This document shows, piece by piece, positions 50,791 through 61,222 of a DNA stretch of 64,000 bases (position 1 is the stretch's first letter; each line of letters begins with the position of its first letter). The stretch is from Enterobacteria phage vB_EcoM_IME540, in the sequence record MT150133.1; one strand, given 5' to 3'. The notes beneath the pieces are model-generated. The model worked only from the letters and a program-made list of their open reading frames with translations, was not told the DNA's origin and did no database searches. Made by a program: the position numbers and the translations under genes.

Positions 50791-51639
50791 TTAATAAATG
50801 TAATCGTATATAATACCAGCTTCTAAAGCGGTGCGATGAATAATTCGACCATTACGAGATTCTTGTACATCAACCTCTGAATAGTCGGTAATCATTTTTT
50901 GAAGTGTATATCGGTGCAAATAATACGGGCTATCCGGGTCATCTGTTTTCCAGTCTTTGCCTTCAAGAGTCATTTTCTGGATTTCATCCATAACCCACCA
51001 ACCAACCCAAATATATGCTGAATTACGAACAGGGAGTGGATGAACGTAAGGTAATTCGCCATCCGGAACCGGTGCGACTTTAGCCGTGACTGTTACATTA
51101 CCGGTTTTTGTGACAGTCGCCGGGTTATAATCAGTCGCCGAAACCACAACAGAAACTTCAATAACCTGCGAACCTTCAGTGCTTGTATCGATTGCTAGAG
51201 TATCCGTGGTGCCAACTACAGGAGAACCGTCTTTCTTCCAAGAATAGGCAAAAGTAGCACCAGCAGGAGCGCCGACCACATCCGCTTTAAAAGAAGCTGG
51301 AGTGCCTTCCGGAACATTAATCGAAGCTGGGGTTAATGTCACAGAAACACCGGAAATGGTTTTATTCTGGATAGTTAAAGTTGTTTCAGCTTCAGCTGTT
51401 TCTGGTTCGCCGTCCGCCGGTGTAGTTGTTGCAACAACTTTAATAGTCTTGCTGCCTGCCGGGCCAACAGCAACATAATCCATTGCAGCAGTCACAGAAG
51501 ATTGAGGAACGCCATCAACGGTCCAGACAAATGATTCGGTACCTTCAGCTGCAGCACCGGAACCGGTCGCAGTGAAATTGGTTGTTGCTCCAATAACGGC
51601 CGTAGCCGCCAAAGGAGCCATATCTACGGTATAAGCCAT
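50791..51639 (-). CDS. hoc: Hoc outer capsid decoration protein, short form
   Basis: 282 aa; Ig-like domains plus C-terminal GELPYVHPLPVRNSAYIWVGWWVMDEIQKM...DWKTDDPDSPYYLHRYTLQKM matching the T4 Hoc capsid-binding domain. Confidence 0.85.
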   Translation of the reverse strand: MAYTVDMAPLAATAVIGATTNFTATGSGAAAEGTESFVWTVDGVPQSSVTAAMDYVAVGPAGSKTIKVVATTTPADGEPETAEAETTLTIQNKTISGVSVTLTPASINVPEGTPASFKADVVGAPAGATFAYSWKKDGSPVVGTTDTLAIDTSTEGSQVIEVSVVVSATDYNPATVTKTGNVTVTAKVAPVPDGELPYVHPLPVRNSAYIWVGWWVMDEIQKMTLEGKDWKTDDPDSPYYLHRYTLQKMITDYSEVDVQESRNGRIIHRTALEAGIIYDYIY

Positions 51640-51648
51640 AATAAACCC

Positions 51649-52320
51649 TTATTTTAAAGTGACAAAAGATGAGTTACGAGTTTCACGTACTAATACTGAA
51701 CCATTACGATTAATGTAATAAATCAGACTAAATAATGTTTGGTGGGCAGAAGGATGTTGGAAAGCAGTTGGACGTTCTTTCCAATCCGGAGTCTCAGAAA
51801 TCCATTGGTAAATCCACCAAGGAACGGTGCAATAACCTGGGTTCTTACCGATAAGCAAAAGATTAGGACTGAAGTTTTCAGGTAAAGAGAATACAGGTTT
51901 TTCAGATTCAACAACCTTGGCTATAGCCCCTTTGAATTTCTCTTCGTCAAATGGAACATCCTCTTCGATAATCTCTACCTTAGGAAGTTCGGCTACCTCA
52001 ACGACTTCTACTGCAGCCTCAGGGGCATCGAACAACAGGGTGGCTTCTTCTTTAGCTGGTTCAGCACCATCAACAAATTCGTTAGCACCTGTAAGTTCGT
52101 CGGCAGCATCAATCAAATCAGAAATGGACAACCCTTCGGTTTCTGGAAGTGGTTCGTCAGCCAAGGCTTTAAAGCCTTCAGAGATATCGATAATCAAATT
52201 ATCAAACGAACGGGTTTTCTTAAGTTTTAAACCGAACTGTTCGCCGTATTCGATTAACTTAGCTTTAGCTTCTTTTTTATCTTCGAGTGCACGAAGCTCT
52301 TCAATATATTGAGTATCCAT
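51649..52320 (-). CDS. inh: Inh-like prohead protease inhibitor
   Basis: 223 aa; acidic N-terminal part; C-terminus CTVPWWIYQWISETPDWKERP...ETRNSSF shares the Hoc-type motif; same position as T4 inh. Confidence 0.65.
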   Translation of the reverse strand: MDTQYIEELRALEDKKEAKAKLIEYGEQFGLKLKKTRSFDNLIIDISEGFKALADEPLPETEGLSISDLIDAADELTGANEFVDGAEPAKEEATLLFDAPEAAVEVVEVAELPKVEIIEEDVPFDEEKFKGAIAKVVESEKPVFSLPENFSPNLLLIGKNPGYCTVPWWIYQWISETPDWKERPTAFQHPSAHQTLFSLIYYINRNGSVLVRETRNSSFVTLK

Positions 52321-52339
52321 AATTAGTCTCTTGTTGGTG

Positions 52340-52361
52340 TATAAATATAACTATATTTATA
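52340..52361. promoter_or_regulatory. divergent late promoters: TATAAATA on plus (52340-52347, uvsW) and on minus (52354-52361, inh)
   Basis: Two exact consensus boxes back to back in the inh-uvsW intergenic region. Confidence 0.55.
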
Positions 52362-52375
52362 ACTGAGAATTACTT

Positions 52376-53872
52376 ATGCAAATTCAAGTACATTTTGATA
52401 ATTTTAGTCATGTCCGTATTGAATGCGATGAATCTACATTCTACGAACTCAGAGACTATTTTAGCTTTGAAGCTGATGGATATAAATTCAACCCTAAATT
52501 TCGTTATGGCCAATGGGACGGACGTATTCGCCTTCTGGATTACAACCGTAAACTTCCTTATGGATTGGTCCCTCAAATTAAAAAGTTCGCTGAACAATTT
52601 GAATACTCTCTGTGGATTGACCCACGTATTCTTGAACAGGAAGATATTTCTCGTGAAGATTTTGATTCATGGGTAGCTTCTCAAGAAATTTATTCAGGGT
52701 CTACCAAGATTGAGCCTCATTGGTATCAGAATGAAGCCGTATACAACGGCCTGACAAAACGTCGTGCAATTCTGAATTTACCTACATCCGCAGGTAAATC
52801 ATTAATCCAGGCGCTCCTGAGTCGATATTACGTTGAGAACTATGAAGGTAAAATCCTCATCTTAGTTCCTACTACTGCACTTGTCGACCAGATGATTAAT
52901 GACTTCATCGATTATCGATTGTTCCCTAAAGCAGCAATGCTTGGTATTCGTTCAGGTACTGCTCGTGATTCCGATGCAATGATTTATGTTTCAACTTATC
53001 AAACCGCTATCAAGCAACCTAAAGAATGGTTTGCTCAGTTCGGTATGTTTATGAACGACGAATGCCATTTGGCTACAGGTAAATCTATTTCTACTATCAT
53101 CGAAGGCCTAACCAACTGTATGTTTAAATTCGGTTTGTCGGGTTCTTTAAAAGATGGTAAAGCTAATTTAATGCAATATATGGGCTTGTTTGGTGATGTG
53201 TTTAAGCCAGTATCCACCTCCCAATTAATGGAAGAAGGACAGGTTACTGACCTTAAAATCAACAGTATTTTCCTTCGATACCCAGACGAATTCACGGTTA
53301 AAATGAAAGGTAAAGATTACCAATCAGAAATCAAGGTCATTACTAAGGCTACTCGTCGTAATAAATGGGTTGCTAATTTAGCTGTTAAACTCGCTAAGAA
53401 AGAAGAGAACGTATTCCTGATGTTTAAAAACATCGAACACGGTAAAACTCTTTTTGAAATGGTTAAAGAGCAACATAAAGAAGTTTATTACGTATCAGGT
53501 GAAGTTAATACCGAAACGCGTAATGCTCTGAAGGTAATGGCGGAAAATGGTAAGGGTATTATTGTTGTGGCAAGTTATGGTGTGTTCTCTACAGGTATTT
53601 CCGTTAAGAACCTTCACCACGTTGTATTTGCCCATCCAGTAAAATCTAAAATCATTGTACTCCAGACAATTGGTCGTGTACTCCGTAAACATGCCTCTAA
53701 ATCAACAGCACAGGTGTGGGATATCATCGACGACATGGGTGTTAAGCCTAAATCAGCTACGGCTAAAAAGAAATATGTTCATTTGAACTACGCCCTCAAA
53801 CACGCTTTAGAACGTATTCAACGTTATGCTGATGAGAAATTTAATTACGTAATGAAACAGGTGGATTTATGA
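52376..53872 (+). CDS. uvsW: UvsW RNA-DNA / DNA helicase
   Basis: 498 aa; MQIQVHFDNFSHVRIECDESTFYELRDYFSFEADGYKFNP...; Walker A PTSAGKS; matches T4 UvsW. Confidence 0.95.
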   Translation: MQIQVHFDNFSHVRIECDESTFYELRDYFSFEADGYKFNPKFRYGQWDGRIRLLDYNRKLPYGLVPQIKKFAEQFEYSLWIDPRILEQEDISREDFDSWVASQEIYSGSTKIEPHWYQNEAVYNGLTKRRAILNLPTSAGKSLIQALLSRYYVENYEGKILILVPTTALVDQMINDFIDYRLFPKAAMLGIRSGTARDSDAMIYVSTYQTAIKQPKEWFAQFGMFMNDECHLATGKSISTIIEGLTNCMFKFGLSGSLKDGKANLMQYMGLFGDVFKPVSTSQLMEEGQVTDLKINSIFLRYPDEFTVKMKGKDYQSEIKVITKATRRNKWVANLAVKLAKKEENVFLMFKNIEHGKTLFEMVKEQHKEVYYVSGEVNTETRNALKVMAENGKGIIVVASYGVFSTGISVKNLHHVVFAHPVKSKIIVLQTIGRVLRKHASKSTAQVWDIIDDMGVKPKSATAKKKYVHLNYALKHALERIQRYADEKFNYVMKQVDL

Positions 53873-54096
53873 AAACCTTTAAAGAAGTTATTCAAGAAGC
53901 ATCTATTGAAAGCTTCATGGCTAAAATTGGTTCTTGTCAGACTATGGATGGTCTGAAGGAATTGGAAAAGTATTACAAAACTCGTAGTAAGGAAGCCGAA
54001 CTTCGTGATTCGGATGATATTAGCGTGCGTGATGCATTGGCCGGTAAGAGAGCTGAATTGGAGTCGATGGACGACGAGGAAGAGGAAGATTTCTAA
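53869..54096 (+). CDS. uvsW.1: UvsW.1-like small acidic protein
   Basis: 75 aa, ATGA-coupled to uvsW, acidic C-terminus DDEEEEDF. Confidence 0.75.
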   Translation: MKTFKEVIQEASIESFMAKIGSCQTMDGLKELEKYYKTRSKEAELRDSDDISVRDALAGKRAELESMDDEEEEDF

Positions 54097-54098
54097 AC

Positions 54099-54126
54099 AA
54101 AAAAGGCCCAACCTTTCGGAAGGGCC
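54099..54126 (-). terminator. rho-independent terminator, copy 3 of the identical 30-bp element
   Basis: Same sequence as at 7834-7861 and 8457-8484; T-run on the minus strand. Confidence 0.6.
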
Positions 54127-54155
54127 AATAACCATAAATGGCTATACACACTAGA

Positions 54156-54323
54156 CTAAAGTAGTAATTGGGTTTCGTTCAGCTGTTCTTCAGTGTTTTC
54201 CGTAACCGGCAAGCTTTGAACGTAATTATAGCATGAGCCCGGATGAACCGGACCTTTTTCTGTTTCAACAACCAATGCAGCATCGATTGGAGTTTTACAG
54301 ACAACGCAAATCTTATCTGACAT
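54156..54323 (-). CDS. small Cys-containing protein, 55 aa (below the ORF-track size cutoff)
   Basis: Minus ATG 54323 with strong RBS AAGGAGA; translation MSDKICVVCKTPIDAALVVETEKGPVHPGSCYNYVQSLPVTENTEEQLNETQLLL. Confidence 0.5.
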   Translation of the reverse strand: MSDKICVVCKTPIDAALVVETEKGPVHPGSCYNYVQSLPVTENTEEQLNETQLLL

Positions 54324-54448
54324 GATTGTCTCCTTAGTTTAACTTACATACCTATTTATTACTTGCTAAAGCAGCATTAATGAATTCTTGGAGAAGTTTC
54401 ATCTTATCGGCATCTACTTTAATGGGTTTGGTATTTTAGTACGTCTCA

Positions 54449-54883
54449 TTATTTACCCGCCTCAAATTGTCTCATCTCATGCATGGTCTTAAGGTTAAAA
54501 CCACGCGCCTTAATAGCATCAAGTGCTGAACTACAAAAGTCCTGTAATAAAGCCCAATACTGGATTGACGTATCGATTTTAATTACACTAGAATCTGCAG
54601 CCATTACGGTCTTTAATTCAGACTTCTCATACTGGTCCATACAAACCTCATCACCAGGCTCTCCACGTCCCGTGTAGAAATCTAATCGCTTCTTAAGTGA
54701 GGTCTTTTTCTGGATTTCTAATCTCATTATTTCTTTCTTACAATTCGTATACAGTCTTAGCCATTTGCTGTGCAGCAAAACGTTGTTCTGTACTTCATAT
54801 TGTAAACGAGTTCCATCAATCTTTAAATCCTCGTCTAATGCGTCCTGGAATGATTCTAACTTATATTCAATCTCTTTACTCAT
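54449..54883 (-). CDS. uvsY: UvsY recombination mediator
   Basis: Start at ATG 54883 with RBS AGGAAA; ...LQYEVQNNVLLHSKWLRLY...KSELKTVMAADSSVIKIDTSIQYWALLQDFCSSALDAIKARGF matches T4 UvsY. Confidence 0.9.
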   Translation of the reverse strand: MSKEIEYKLESFQDALDEDLKIDGTRLQYEVQNNVLLHSKWLRLYTNCKKEIMRLEIQKKTSLKKRLDFYTGRGEPGDEVCMDQYEKSELKTVMAADSSVIKIDTSIQYWALLQDFCSSALDAIKARGFNLKTMHEMRQFEAGK

Positions 54884-54941
54884 CGCATGTTTCCTGTGTA
54901 ATAACCATAGGACCATTATACACTATTCATTTGAACAGCAA

Positions 54942-55331
54942 TTAACCACTCTGTGAGAGCTGGATTCTAATTTGCTCTAATGTATCCGGGTCATCAACAA
55001 TACTAAACTGTACCGTCACGATAATCGAGTTGTCATCATACACAGGTGTAACGCCTACGGCAAGAGCAGAAATTCTAGGTTCGAAGTTCCGCACAGCGGA
55101 AACTATATTACGCTTAATGGTGTCTGTGATTAATGGAGTAATATTCTCAAACAATTGGTTGCTGATGTCACAACCGAATTCAGGCATAAAAGGGCGCGAA
55201 CCTTTGCGAGTGGTAATAATACCTAACAAGCTATTTTTTACTGCACGAGCCCCTGTAGCTTTAGCAACGTCTCTATCCCAAGACGTTCTCATCTCAGGGT
55301 CTAAATCTGAATACATCTTATTAATATTCAT
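54942..55331 (-). CDS. 25: baseplate wedge protein gp25
   Basis: 129 aa ...LLGIITTRKGSRPFMPEFGCDISNQLFE..., matches T4 gp25. Confidence 0.9.
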   Translation of the reverse strand: MNINKMYSDLDPEMRTSWDRDVAKATGARAVKNSLLGIITTRKGSRPFMPEFGCDISNQLFENITPLITDTIKRNIVSAVRNFEPRISALAVGVTPVYDDNSIIVTVQFSIVDDPDTLEQIRIQLSQSG

Positions 55332-55954
55332 TACATCACCTTAAAGAACTCTTTAAGTCCCTCAATAACGTGGACGGTATGCTCACCACATTCACAAGAA
55401 ATAGGTATAGCCAAAATAGGCTTAGGGGCGACTAGAGCATCATAAACTTCTTTTATGTCTTTTTCTGTTATCACAGAATAAAGGTCATCAAGTTCCGCAT
55501 CGCTTAAATCGGAAAGAAGAAGCTTTTCGCCTGCAGAAGTTAAAATATGATCGATACACCCAGCGACCATCATAGCCCTATTTTTGTCTTCAAAGAGTTT
55601 AGGGTAGCTGAAAACAATTTTAAAATTGCCAAAGTCTTTAATAACATCAGGCTCTTTACCTAATGTAGCTCGAGTTAACGTCATAGGGACCATCTGTGAG
55701 CGACCACAACCACAAACCCACTCACGTTCTATATTCACTTCGGCCAATGAATGGGCCCACAGGTTTATCACCAGGAGCTCAGATTCCTGCTTGTTTAAAT
55801 CACGGCCATCTGTGCAATTCGAAATGAGTTCATTGATAAAGGACTCTATTCTGCCTTCTAATTTAGCTTGGAGCAAGTCCTTATACTCTCTGAGGGTAAA
55901 TGCTCTGCATTTTATGGTTTTGTTTTTAATTTTTACGTCAAAAGTATAATTCAT
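55331..55954 (-). CDS. 26: baseplate hub protein gp26
   Basis: 207 aa; RBS AAAGGAG; position between 25 and 51 as in T4. Confidence 0.85.
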   Translation of the reverse strand: MNYTFDVKIKNKTIKCRAFTLREYKDLLQAKLEGRIESFINELISNCTDGRDLNKQESELLVINLWAHSLAEVNIEREWVCGCGRSQMVPMTLTRATLGKEPDVIKDFGNFKIVFSYPKLFEDKNRAMMVAGCIDHILTSAGEKLLLSDLSDAELDDLYSVITEKDIKEVYDALVAPKPILAIPISCECGEHTVHVIEGLKEFFKVM

Positions 55955-55972
55955 TGTCTTCTCCTTTAAGCT

Positions 55973-55984
55973 TATTTATAAATA
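55973..55984. promoter_or_regulatory. overlapping divergent late promoters TATTTATAAATA (minus box 55973-55980 for gene 26, plus box 55977-55984 for gene 51)
   Basis: Two exact TATAAATA boxes sharing the central TATA. Confidence 0.55.
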
Positions 55985-56005
55985 CATCAATAAGAGGATA
56001 CCCTT

Positions 56006-56758
56006 ATGGCTAATATAGTACGTTGCGAAATGCCTGATGGAGTCCACCGATTTAAACCTTTTACAGTAGCTGATTATCGTGATTTTATTTTGATTCGAAA
56101 TGATATGAATAATAAATCACCTGAAGAGCAAAAACAAATTTTAGATGAGTTACTGGAAGAATACTTCGGCGAGTACCCTATGTCATGGCGTCCATACATG
56201 TTTATTGAATTGTATACGTCATCACTCGGCAAGACCAAAATTCCTATCCGATACACTTGCAGTAAGTGCGAAAAAGATAGACAAGTTTTATTCAATTTGA
56301 AACAGACCAAGTTAGATAATCCCACAATTGAAGTGGCCGGCTTGAAGCTAACATTCAAATTTCCGGAAATAGAATATAACGACAAATCTGAATTGATTTT
56401 GAACACCATTCAAACCGTAGAAGATGAAAACGGGACTTATAATTGGTCGGACCTTTCTGAAGAAGACCAATTGGCCGTTATTGATGCTATTGACCTAAAA
56501 ACATTAGAAAATATAGTTAAGCAAACTAGCCCTATTCATTTTGAACTGAAATACGGATGTTGTAATCGTAGGACTATCGTTTATGGCGATATCCTAGAGG
56601 TGTTTAAGCTTATAGTCAATCCGGACGAGATATTTTTATTTTACCAAATAAACCATTTACTGGTAAAGAACAATTATTCATTAGAAAGCGTTATGCAGAT
56701 GATTCCAATCGAACGCGGTATTGCTTTGTCTTTGGTTGAAAAGGACCTTAAGAAATGA
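56006..56758 (+). CDS. 51: baseplate hub assembly catalyst gp51
   Basis: 250 aa; RBS AAGAGGA; conserved position. Confidence 0.85.
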   Translation: MANIVRCEMPDGVHRFKPFTVADYRDFILIRNDMNNKSPEEQKQILDELLEEYFGEYPMSWRPYMFIELYTSSLGKTKIPIRYTCSKCEKDRQVLFNLKQTKLDNPTIEVAGLKLTFKFPEIEYNDKSELILNTIQTVEDENGTYNWSDLSEEDQLAVIDAIDLKTLENIVKQTSPIHFELKYGCCNRRTIVYGDILEVFKLIVNPDEIFLFYQINHLLVKNNYSLESVMQMIPIERGIALSLVEKDLKK

Positions 56759-57924
56759 GTTCAAAAACTATGCAGCGTGAAGGCTTTCCTAATATCAGTA
56801 TACGCCTTTACGAAGATTATGACGCCTGGTTAGAGCATCGTTTTGTTGAACTAGGCGCAACATTTACTACCCTAACAATGAGGGACGGTCTTTACGGAAG
56901 TAATGAAGGTTTGCTTCAGTTTTATGATGCAAAGAACCTTCATACCAAAATGGATGGTGAACAGATTATCCAGATTTCTGTTAAGAATGCCAACTCTGAA
57001 CGTACCCAGTCCAGAATTTATGGAAGCAAACACTTTGCAGTAGGAGTGGATTCAAAGGGCGACAATATCATAACAATACAACTCGCCCCAATCCACTTTT
57101 TAGAAAACCTTAAATTTAGTCGTATGTTCTTCCCGAGCGTACAGGAAACATTGACCGAAATGATTGGGGTGATTTATCAAGACCGTCCATTACTTGCTCC
57201 TCCTTTGAACGGGATAAACGTTTATGTTCCTAATGTCCCATGGTGCGATTCGATGGACCGTTATATGGAATTTGTACGTGAGGTAGGTTTGGCCGTTGAA
57301 TCTGATAAGTTTGTATTCGTATGGGAAGATATAGATGGTATTTCTATTATGGACTACGAATTTATGGTTAATCAAGAGCCAATTAATTTTGTGGTAGGTG
57401 AGCCGCGTTTAATAGGCCAATACGTTCAAGATATGGATACTCCTATCGCATTTGATTTTGAATGGTTAACTAAAGCCAACCAGCATTCCAGAAAGCCATA
57501 TGAAAACGCTACTATATACGCCCACTCTTTCTTAGACAAAAACGCCACACGAATTACTTTTGGCGATGGGCAAAACAGTATATTGGTTTCTCGCTCTGGC
57601 GGATATTCCGATTATACCTATCGAAATGGATATGAAGAAGCTGATAGATTAGTTACAATGGCCCAATACGACGGCTACGCGCATTGTAAGGTATACGGTA
57701 ACTTTGAACTAACTCCAGGCGATAAGATTAATTTCTATGACCCTAAAAACCAATTCCAATACGATTTTTATGTAGACGAAGTTATTCATGAAGTGAGTAA
57801 CAATACATCAATTACAAACCTTTATATGTTTACTAATGGTAAGCCTATTAAGATTGAAGAACCACCGAAGGTTAAAAATGAACTTAAAACTGATACTCCC
57901 TATCAAGAAAATAACGCTGGGTGA
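56755..57924 (+). CDS. 27: baseplate hub protein gp27
   Basis: 389 aa; ATGA-coupled; size and position match T4 gp27. Confidence 0.9.
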   Translation: MSSKTMQREGFPNISIRLYEDYDAWLEHRFVELGATFTTLTMRDGLYGSNEGLLQFYDAKNLHTKMDGEQIIQISVKNANSERTQSRIYGSKHFAVGVDSKGDNIITIQLAPIHFLENLKFSRMFFPSVQETLTEMIGVIYQDRPLLAPPLNGINVYVPNVPWCDSMDRYMEFVREVGLAVESDKFVFVWEDIDGISIMDYEFMVNQEPINFVVGEPRLIGQYVQDMDTPIAFDFEWLTKANQHSRKPYENATIYAHSFLDKNATRITFGDGQNSILVSRSGGYSDYTYRNGYEEADRLVTMAQYDGYAHCKVYGNFELTPGDKINFYDPKNQFQYDFYVDEVIHEVSNNTSITNLYMFTNGKPIKIEEPPKVKNELKTDTPYQENNAG

Positions 57925-58405
57925 TAAAGAGATTTCTATTCCTAAATTGGGTCTTAAACACCAGAAATTGGTTAAAGATGAAAAAGACCCTTACAAGGCT
58001 CTTCACATATTAATGAATTCCATTTATAAAGATTTATCCGCGGCAGAGACTGATTTTGCCGCTCTTCACCTTTTAGAATTCAATGGAAGATTAAAAAGTA
58101 AAGTAACCAAAGACGGGTTTACTTATAACTTAAATGACCTTTATATTTGCCAACGACTTGAATTCCAATTCCAAGGTAAAACATTTAAATTTAAATCACA
58201 TGAACCATTTCAAACATTTGGGCCTGTTGATAGTGTATTACAGTCCCTTTACCTTGGTGATGATGTACCAGATTTTCTGGATATGCCTGCCTTTGTTGCT
58301 ACATGGGCCGACGATATAACTTCTACTATAGCTATCCCTGGTCCTAATGGTCCTATCAAAGGATTGCTTAAAATCATGGATATCTTAAATGAAGAACGAA
58401 TCTAA
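57878..58405 (+). CDS. 28: baseplate hub distal subunit gp28
   Basis: Start at internal ATG 57878 (RBS AAGG), 175 aa; [28 protein letters not shown]. Confidence 0.8.
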   Translation: MNLKLILPIKKITLGDKEISIPKLGLKHQKLVKDEKDPYKALHILMNSIYKDLSAAETDFAALHLLEFNGRLKSKVTKDGFTYNLNDLYICQRLEFQFQGKTFKFKSHEPFQTFGPVDSVLQSLYLGDDVPDFLDMPAFVATWADDITSTIAIPGPNGPIKGLLKIMDILNEERI

Positions 58406-60125
58406 TCAGAATAGTTTTCGTCGCAATAAACTGATTGAAGAAATGGCTCCTCAGCGTCGTGCTGAGGCGCTAGCCCAAACTCAGAACGACGAATTAGGAA
58501 ATATATCAGATGTTTTATCCGATTCCCAGGCGGCGTCTGAATTGCTCTCTGAAGTTGTTGAGACAAAGTCTAACCAGATTATTAATTCTGTAGACCGAGT
58601 AGACAAAAGCGTCCAAGATGTTGTCGCTGGAACAGAATTAACGGCCGAAGCCATATCAGAACAAACCCAACAGTCTAAAGCTCTTTCGGATGCATTAAAC
58701 GAAAAGATTAATAAGCTTTCTAATATGTTGGAGGCTAAATTTTCTGGTATTTCTATTCCACCGGAAGGGAGCTCATTAAAGGTTATTGAAGACTCTATTC
58801 CAGAAGAACCTAAGGCCGAAACTCCTAAAGTTCCTGCTGTTGTTGAAGATATTCTTCCACCTGAAGATAATAAACCTGACGCCGAATTTATGCCTGAGCC
58901 TCCTAAAAATTCAGATGAAGGTAAAGAAGGTGATAAGACTTCTCTTTCCGAGAAAATCGAAGCCCTTACTAAAATAACTGAAAAGGGATTTAAAGCTTCT
59001 GTAGGCGTCGCTGATAGAATTTCAGGTATGCTTTTTAAGTATACCGTTACCGCCGCCGCTGAAGCCGCTAAACTCGCCGCAGGTCTGGTTCTTTTAATAT
59101 TTGGTATAGATGCCATTCGTGTATACTTCCAATATTTCATGGACCAATTTGAGTCAGGATGGAAAGAATTTAACGATAAGTTTAAAGAGTGGGGACCCTT
59201 ACTTGAAGGGCTAATGACATGGGCCAAGAATGCCGAAGCCATGTTTAGTGAAGGAAACTGGTTAGGGCTGGCCGAAGCTATTATTCGCGGTATGGTTAAT
59301 CTTACTAAAAATATGGCCCAGCTTTTAATGCTTGGTATTTCTAAGTTGATTTCTGCTATTTTAAGTAAAATACCTGGTATGGGTGATTTGGCTGAAAACG
59401 TAGAGGCTTCCGCTTTAATGTCGTATCAACAAAATACCGGAGCTACTTTAGATGACGAGGACCAAACTAAGATAGCCAAGTACCATGATAGACGTTCTGC
59501 CGAGGCTTTAGAAACAGCCGAGAAAATGAATAAGAAGTATAAGGATAAACCTGAGCTTATAAACCAAGCAGAGAAATACGGCAATCTTACTAAAGAACAA
59601 GCTGACCAGTTACGCGCTGGTGGAATTGACACAAGCTTCCGTGACCTCCCTGAAGAAGAACGTTTAGAGTATTTCAAGAAACGTGATAAAGCCCAGGCCG
59701 ATATTATTCGTTTGACCCAAACTGCTGATAATATAATGAAGCCTGATTCTAAAGATATCGAAAATGCCAAAGCATTTAAAGCTGATATCGAGAAACAATT
59801 GGCAGACCCTATTATGGCTAAAGGTGGAGCACCGAAGGACCTTAATATCCAGCAATTACTTGATAAGATGAATAAATCTTTAGAGAAATTTAATGAAGCT
59901 GAAAAGCCTAAACCTGCTTCTGTAGCTGAATCTCCTGAAAATACCCAGGTTAAAAAGGTTGACGAACAAATGAAAGCAAAGGAAAATGCTAAATATAGTC
60001 AGCAAGCTCCAACCCAAATAAATCAGCAAACGAATATCAAGAAAACGAGTAAGACAAGCTATAATATGCCTCCTCAATCCTCTACTCCGGCCCCTGGTAT
60101 GCGTCAAGCTACTAAAGTTAATTAG
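58389..60125 (+). CDS. 29: baseplate hub / tail length determinator gp29
   Basis: 578 aa; conserved position. Confidence 0.85.
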   Translation: MKNESNQNSFRRNKLIEEMAPQRRAEALAQTQNDELGNISDVLSDSQAASELLSEVVETKSNQIINSVDRVDKSVQDVVAGTELTAEAISEQTQQSKALSDALNEKINKLSNMLEAKFSGISIPPEGSSLKVIEDSIPEEPKAETPKVPAVVEDILPPEDNKPDAEFMPEPPKNSDEGKEGDKTSLSEKIEALTKITEKGFKASVGVADRISGMLFKYTVTAAAEAAKLAAGLVLLIFGIDAIRVYFQYFMDQFESGWKEFNDKFKEWGPLLEGLMTWAKNAEAMFSEGNWLGLAEAIIRGMVNLTKNMAQLLMLGISKLISAILSKIPGMGDLAENVEASALMSYQQNTGATLDDEDQTKIAKYHDRRSAEALETAEKMNKKYKDKPELINQAEKYGNLTKEQADQLRAGGIDTSFRDLPEEERLEYFKKRDKAQADIIRLTQTADNIMKPDSKDIENAKAFKADIEKQLADPIMAKGGAPKDLNIQQLLDKMNKSLEKFNEAEKPKPASVAESPENTQVKKVDEQMKAKENAKYSQQAPTQINQQTNIKKTSKTSYNMPPQSSTPAPGMRQATKVN

Positions 60126-60133
60126 GATTAATA

Positions 60134-61222
60134 ATGAAAGTAAAAGAACTTGACTTTGATGTAGCCTCCTTGTTTAAAGGAGGTTCAAAGACCTCCGCAG
60201 GTCAATCTAAAACACCACCAATAAAAACCACGGTAACCGCTCAGTATCCAGCTGAGCGGGCTTCAGGTAATGATACCTCAACCGATATGGTATTAAACGA
60301 CCTCTATAAAAATGGATTGCTTTTTACCGCATATAATTTTAGCTCTCGTGTATCTCCTGATTTACGTAATGACCGTTCGAGTCAAATGACTAAAAAGTTC
60401 TCAAGTGCAGCCAGCAAATTAACAGGCAATAGTGGAACATATAGTGCTGTTAAAAACTTATTTGGTGGAAATACTAAGGGCGTTAAATTTGATAGCCAAG
60501 CCTTAGCCAATATTCTTTTACCTCGTTCTAAATCTGATGTGGATTCCGTGTCACATAAATTTAATGATGTTGGTGAGTCCTTAATTACTAAAGGCGGTGG
60601 TACTGCTACAGGTATTTTAAGTAACGTTGCTAGTACCGCGGTATTTGGTGCATTAGAATCTGTGACTAACGGCGTAATGGCTGATTCAGGCGAACAGATA
60701 TACACTACAGCTCGTAGTATGTACGCCGGTCCGGATAACCGTACTAAGGTATTCACTTGGGAAATGACTCCACGAAATGCCCAAGACCTTATCCAGATTA
60801 TTAAAATATACGAAATCTTCAACTATTATTCTTACGGCGAAACGGGTAATTCGGCTTTCGCAGGTGAATTAAAAGAGAAGATTGATACTTGGTATCGTTC
60901 TACATTTAAAAAAGAAGCTATTGACAAGTTTGATGGTAAGCTATTAGGGGAAAGTATTACAAGCTTCCTTTCTAATGTTATTGTGGTAAGTAACCCAACC
61001 ATTTGGTATATCCGAAACTTTGGTGATAGCAGTTCATATGATGGTCGTGAAGATATTTTTGGCCCATGCCAAATCCAGAGTATCCGTTTTGATAAAACTC
61101 CGGACGGCCATTTTAACGGATTGGCTATTGCTCCTAACTTACCATCTACGTTTAGTTTAGAAGTTACTTTCCGTGAAATTATTACTCTGAACCGTGGCTC
61201 ACTTTATACGGAAGGATTCTAA
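60134..61222 (+). CDS. 48: baseplate tail tube cap gp48
   Basis: 362 aa; RBS AGGA; conserved position. Confidence 0.9.
   Translation: MKVKELDFDVASLFKGGSKTSAGQSKTPPIKTTVTAQYPAERASGNDTSTDMVLNDLYKNGLLFTAYNFSSRVSPDLRNDRSSQMTKKFSSAASKLTGNSGTYSAVKNLFGGNTKGVKFDSQALANILLPRSKSDVDSVSHKFNDVGESLITKGGGTATGILSNVASTAVFGALESVTNGVMADSGEQIYTTARSMYAGPDNRTKVFTWEMTPRNAQDLIQIIKIYEIFNYYSYGETGNSAFAGELKEKIDTWYRSTFKKEAIDKFDGKLLGESITSFLSNVIVVSNPTIWYIRNFGDSSSYDGREDIFGPCQIQSIRFDKTPDGHFNGLAIAPNLPSTFSLEVTFREIITLNRGSLYTEGF

Noticed and set aside
54884-54945. Possible middle or sigma70 promoter (TATAAT-like box) upstream of uvsY
   Set aside because: The -10-like element has no convincingly spaced -35 or MotA-box partner.
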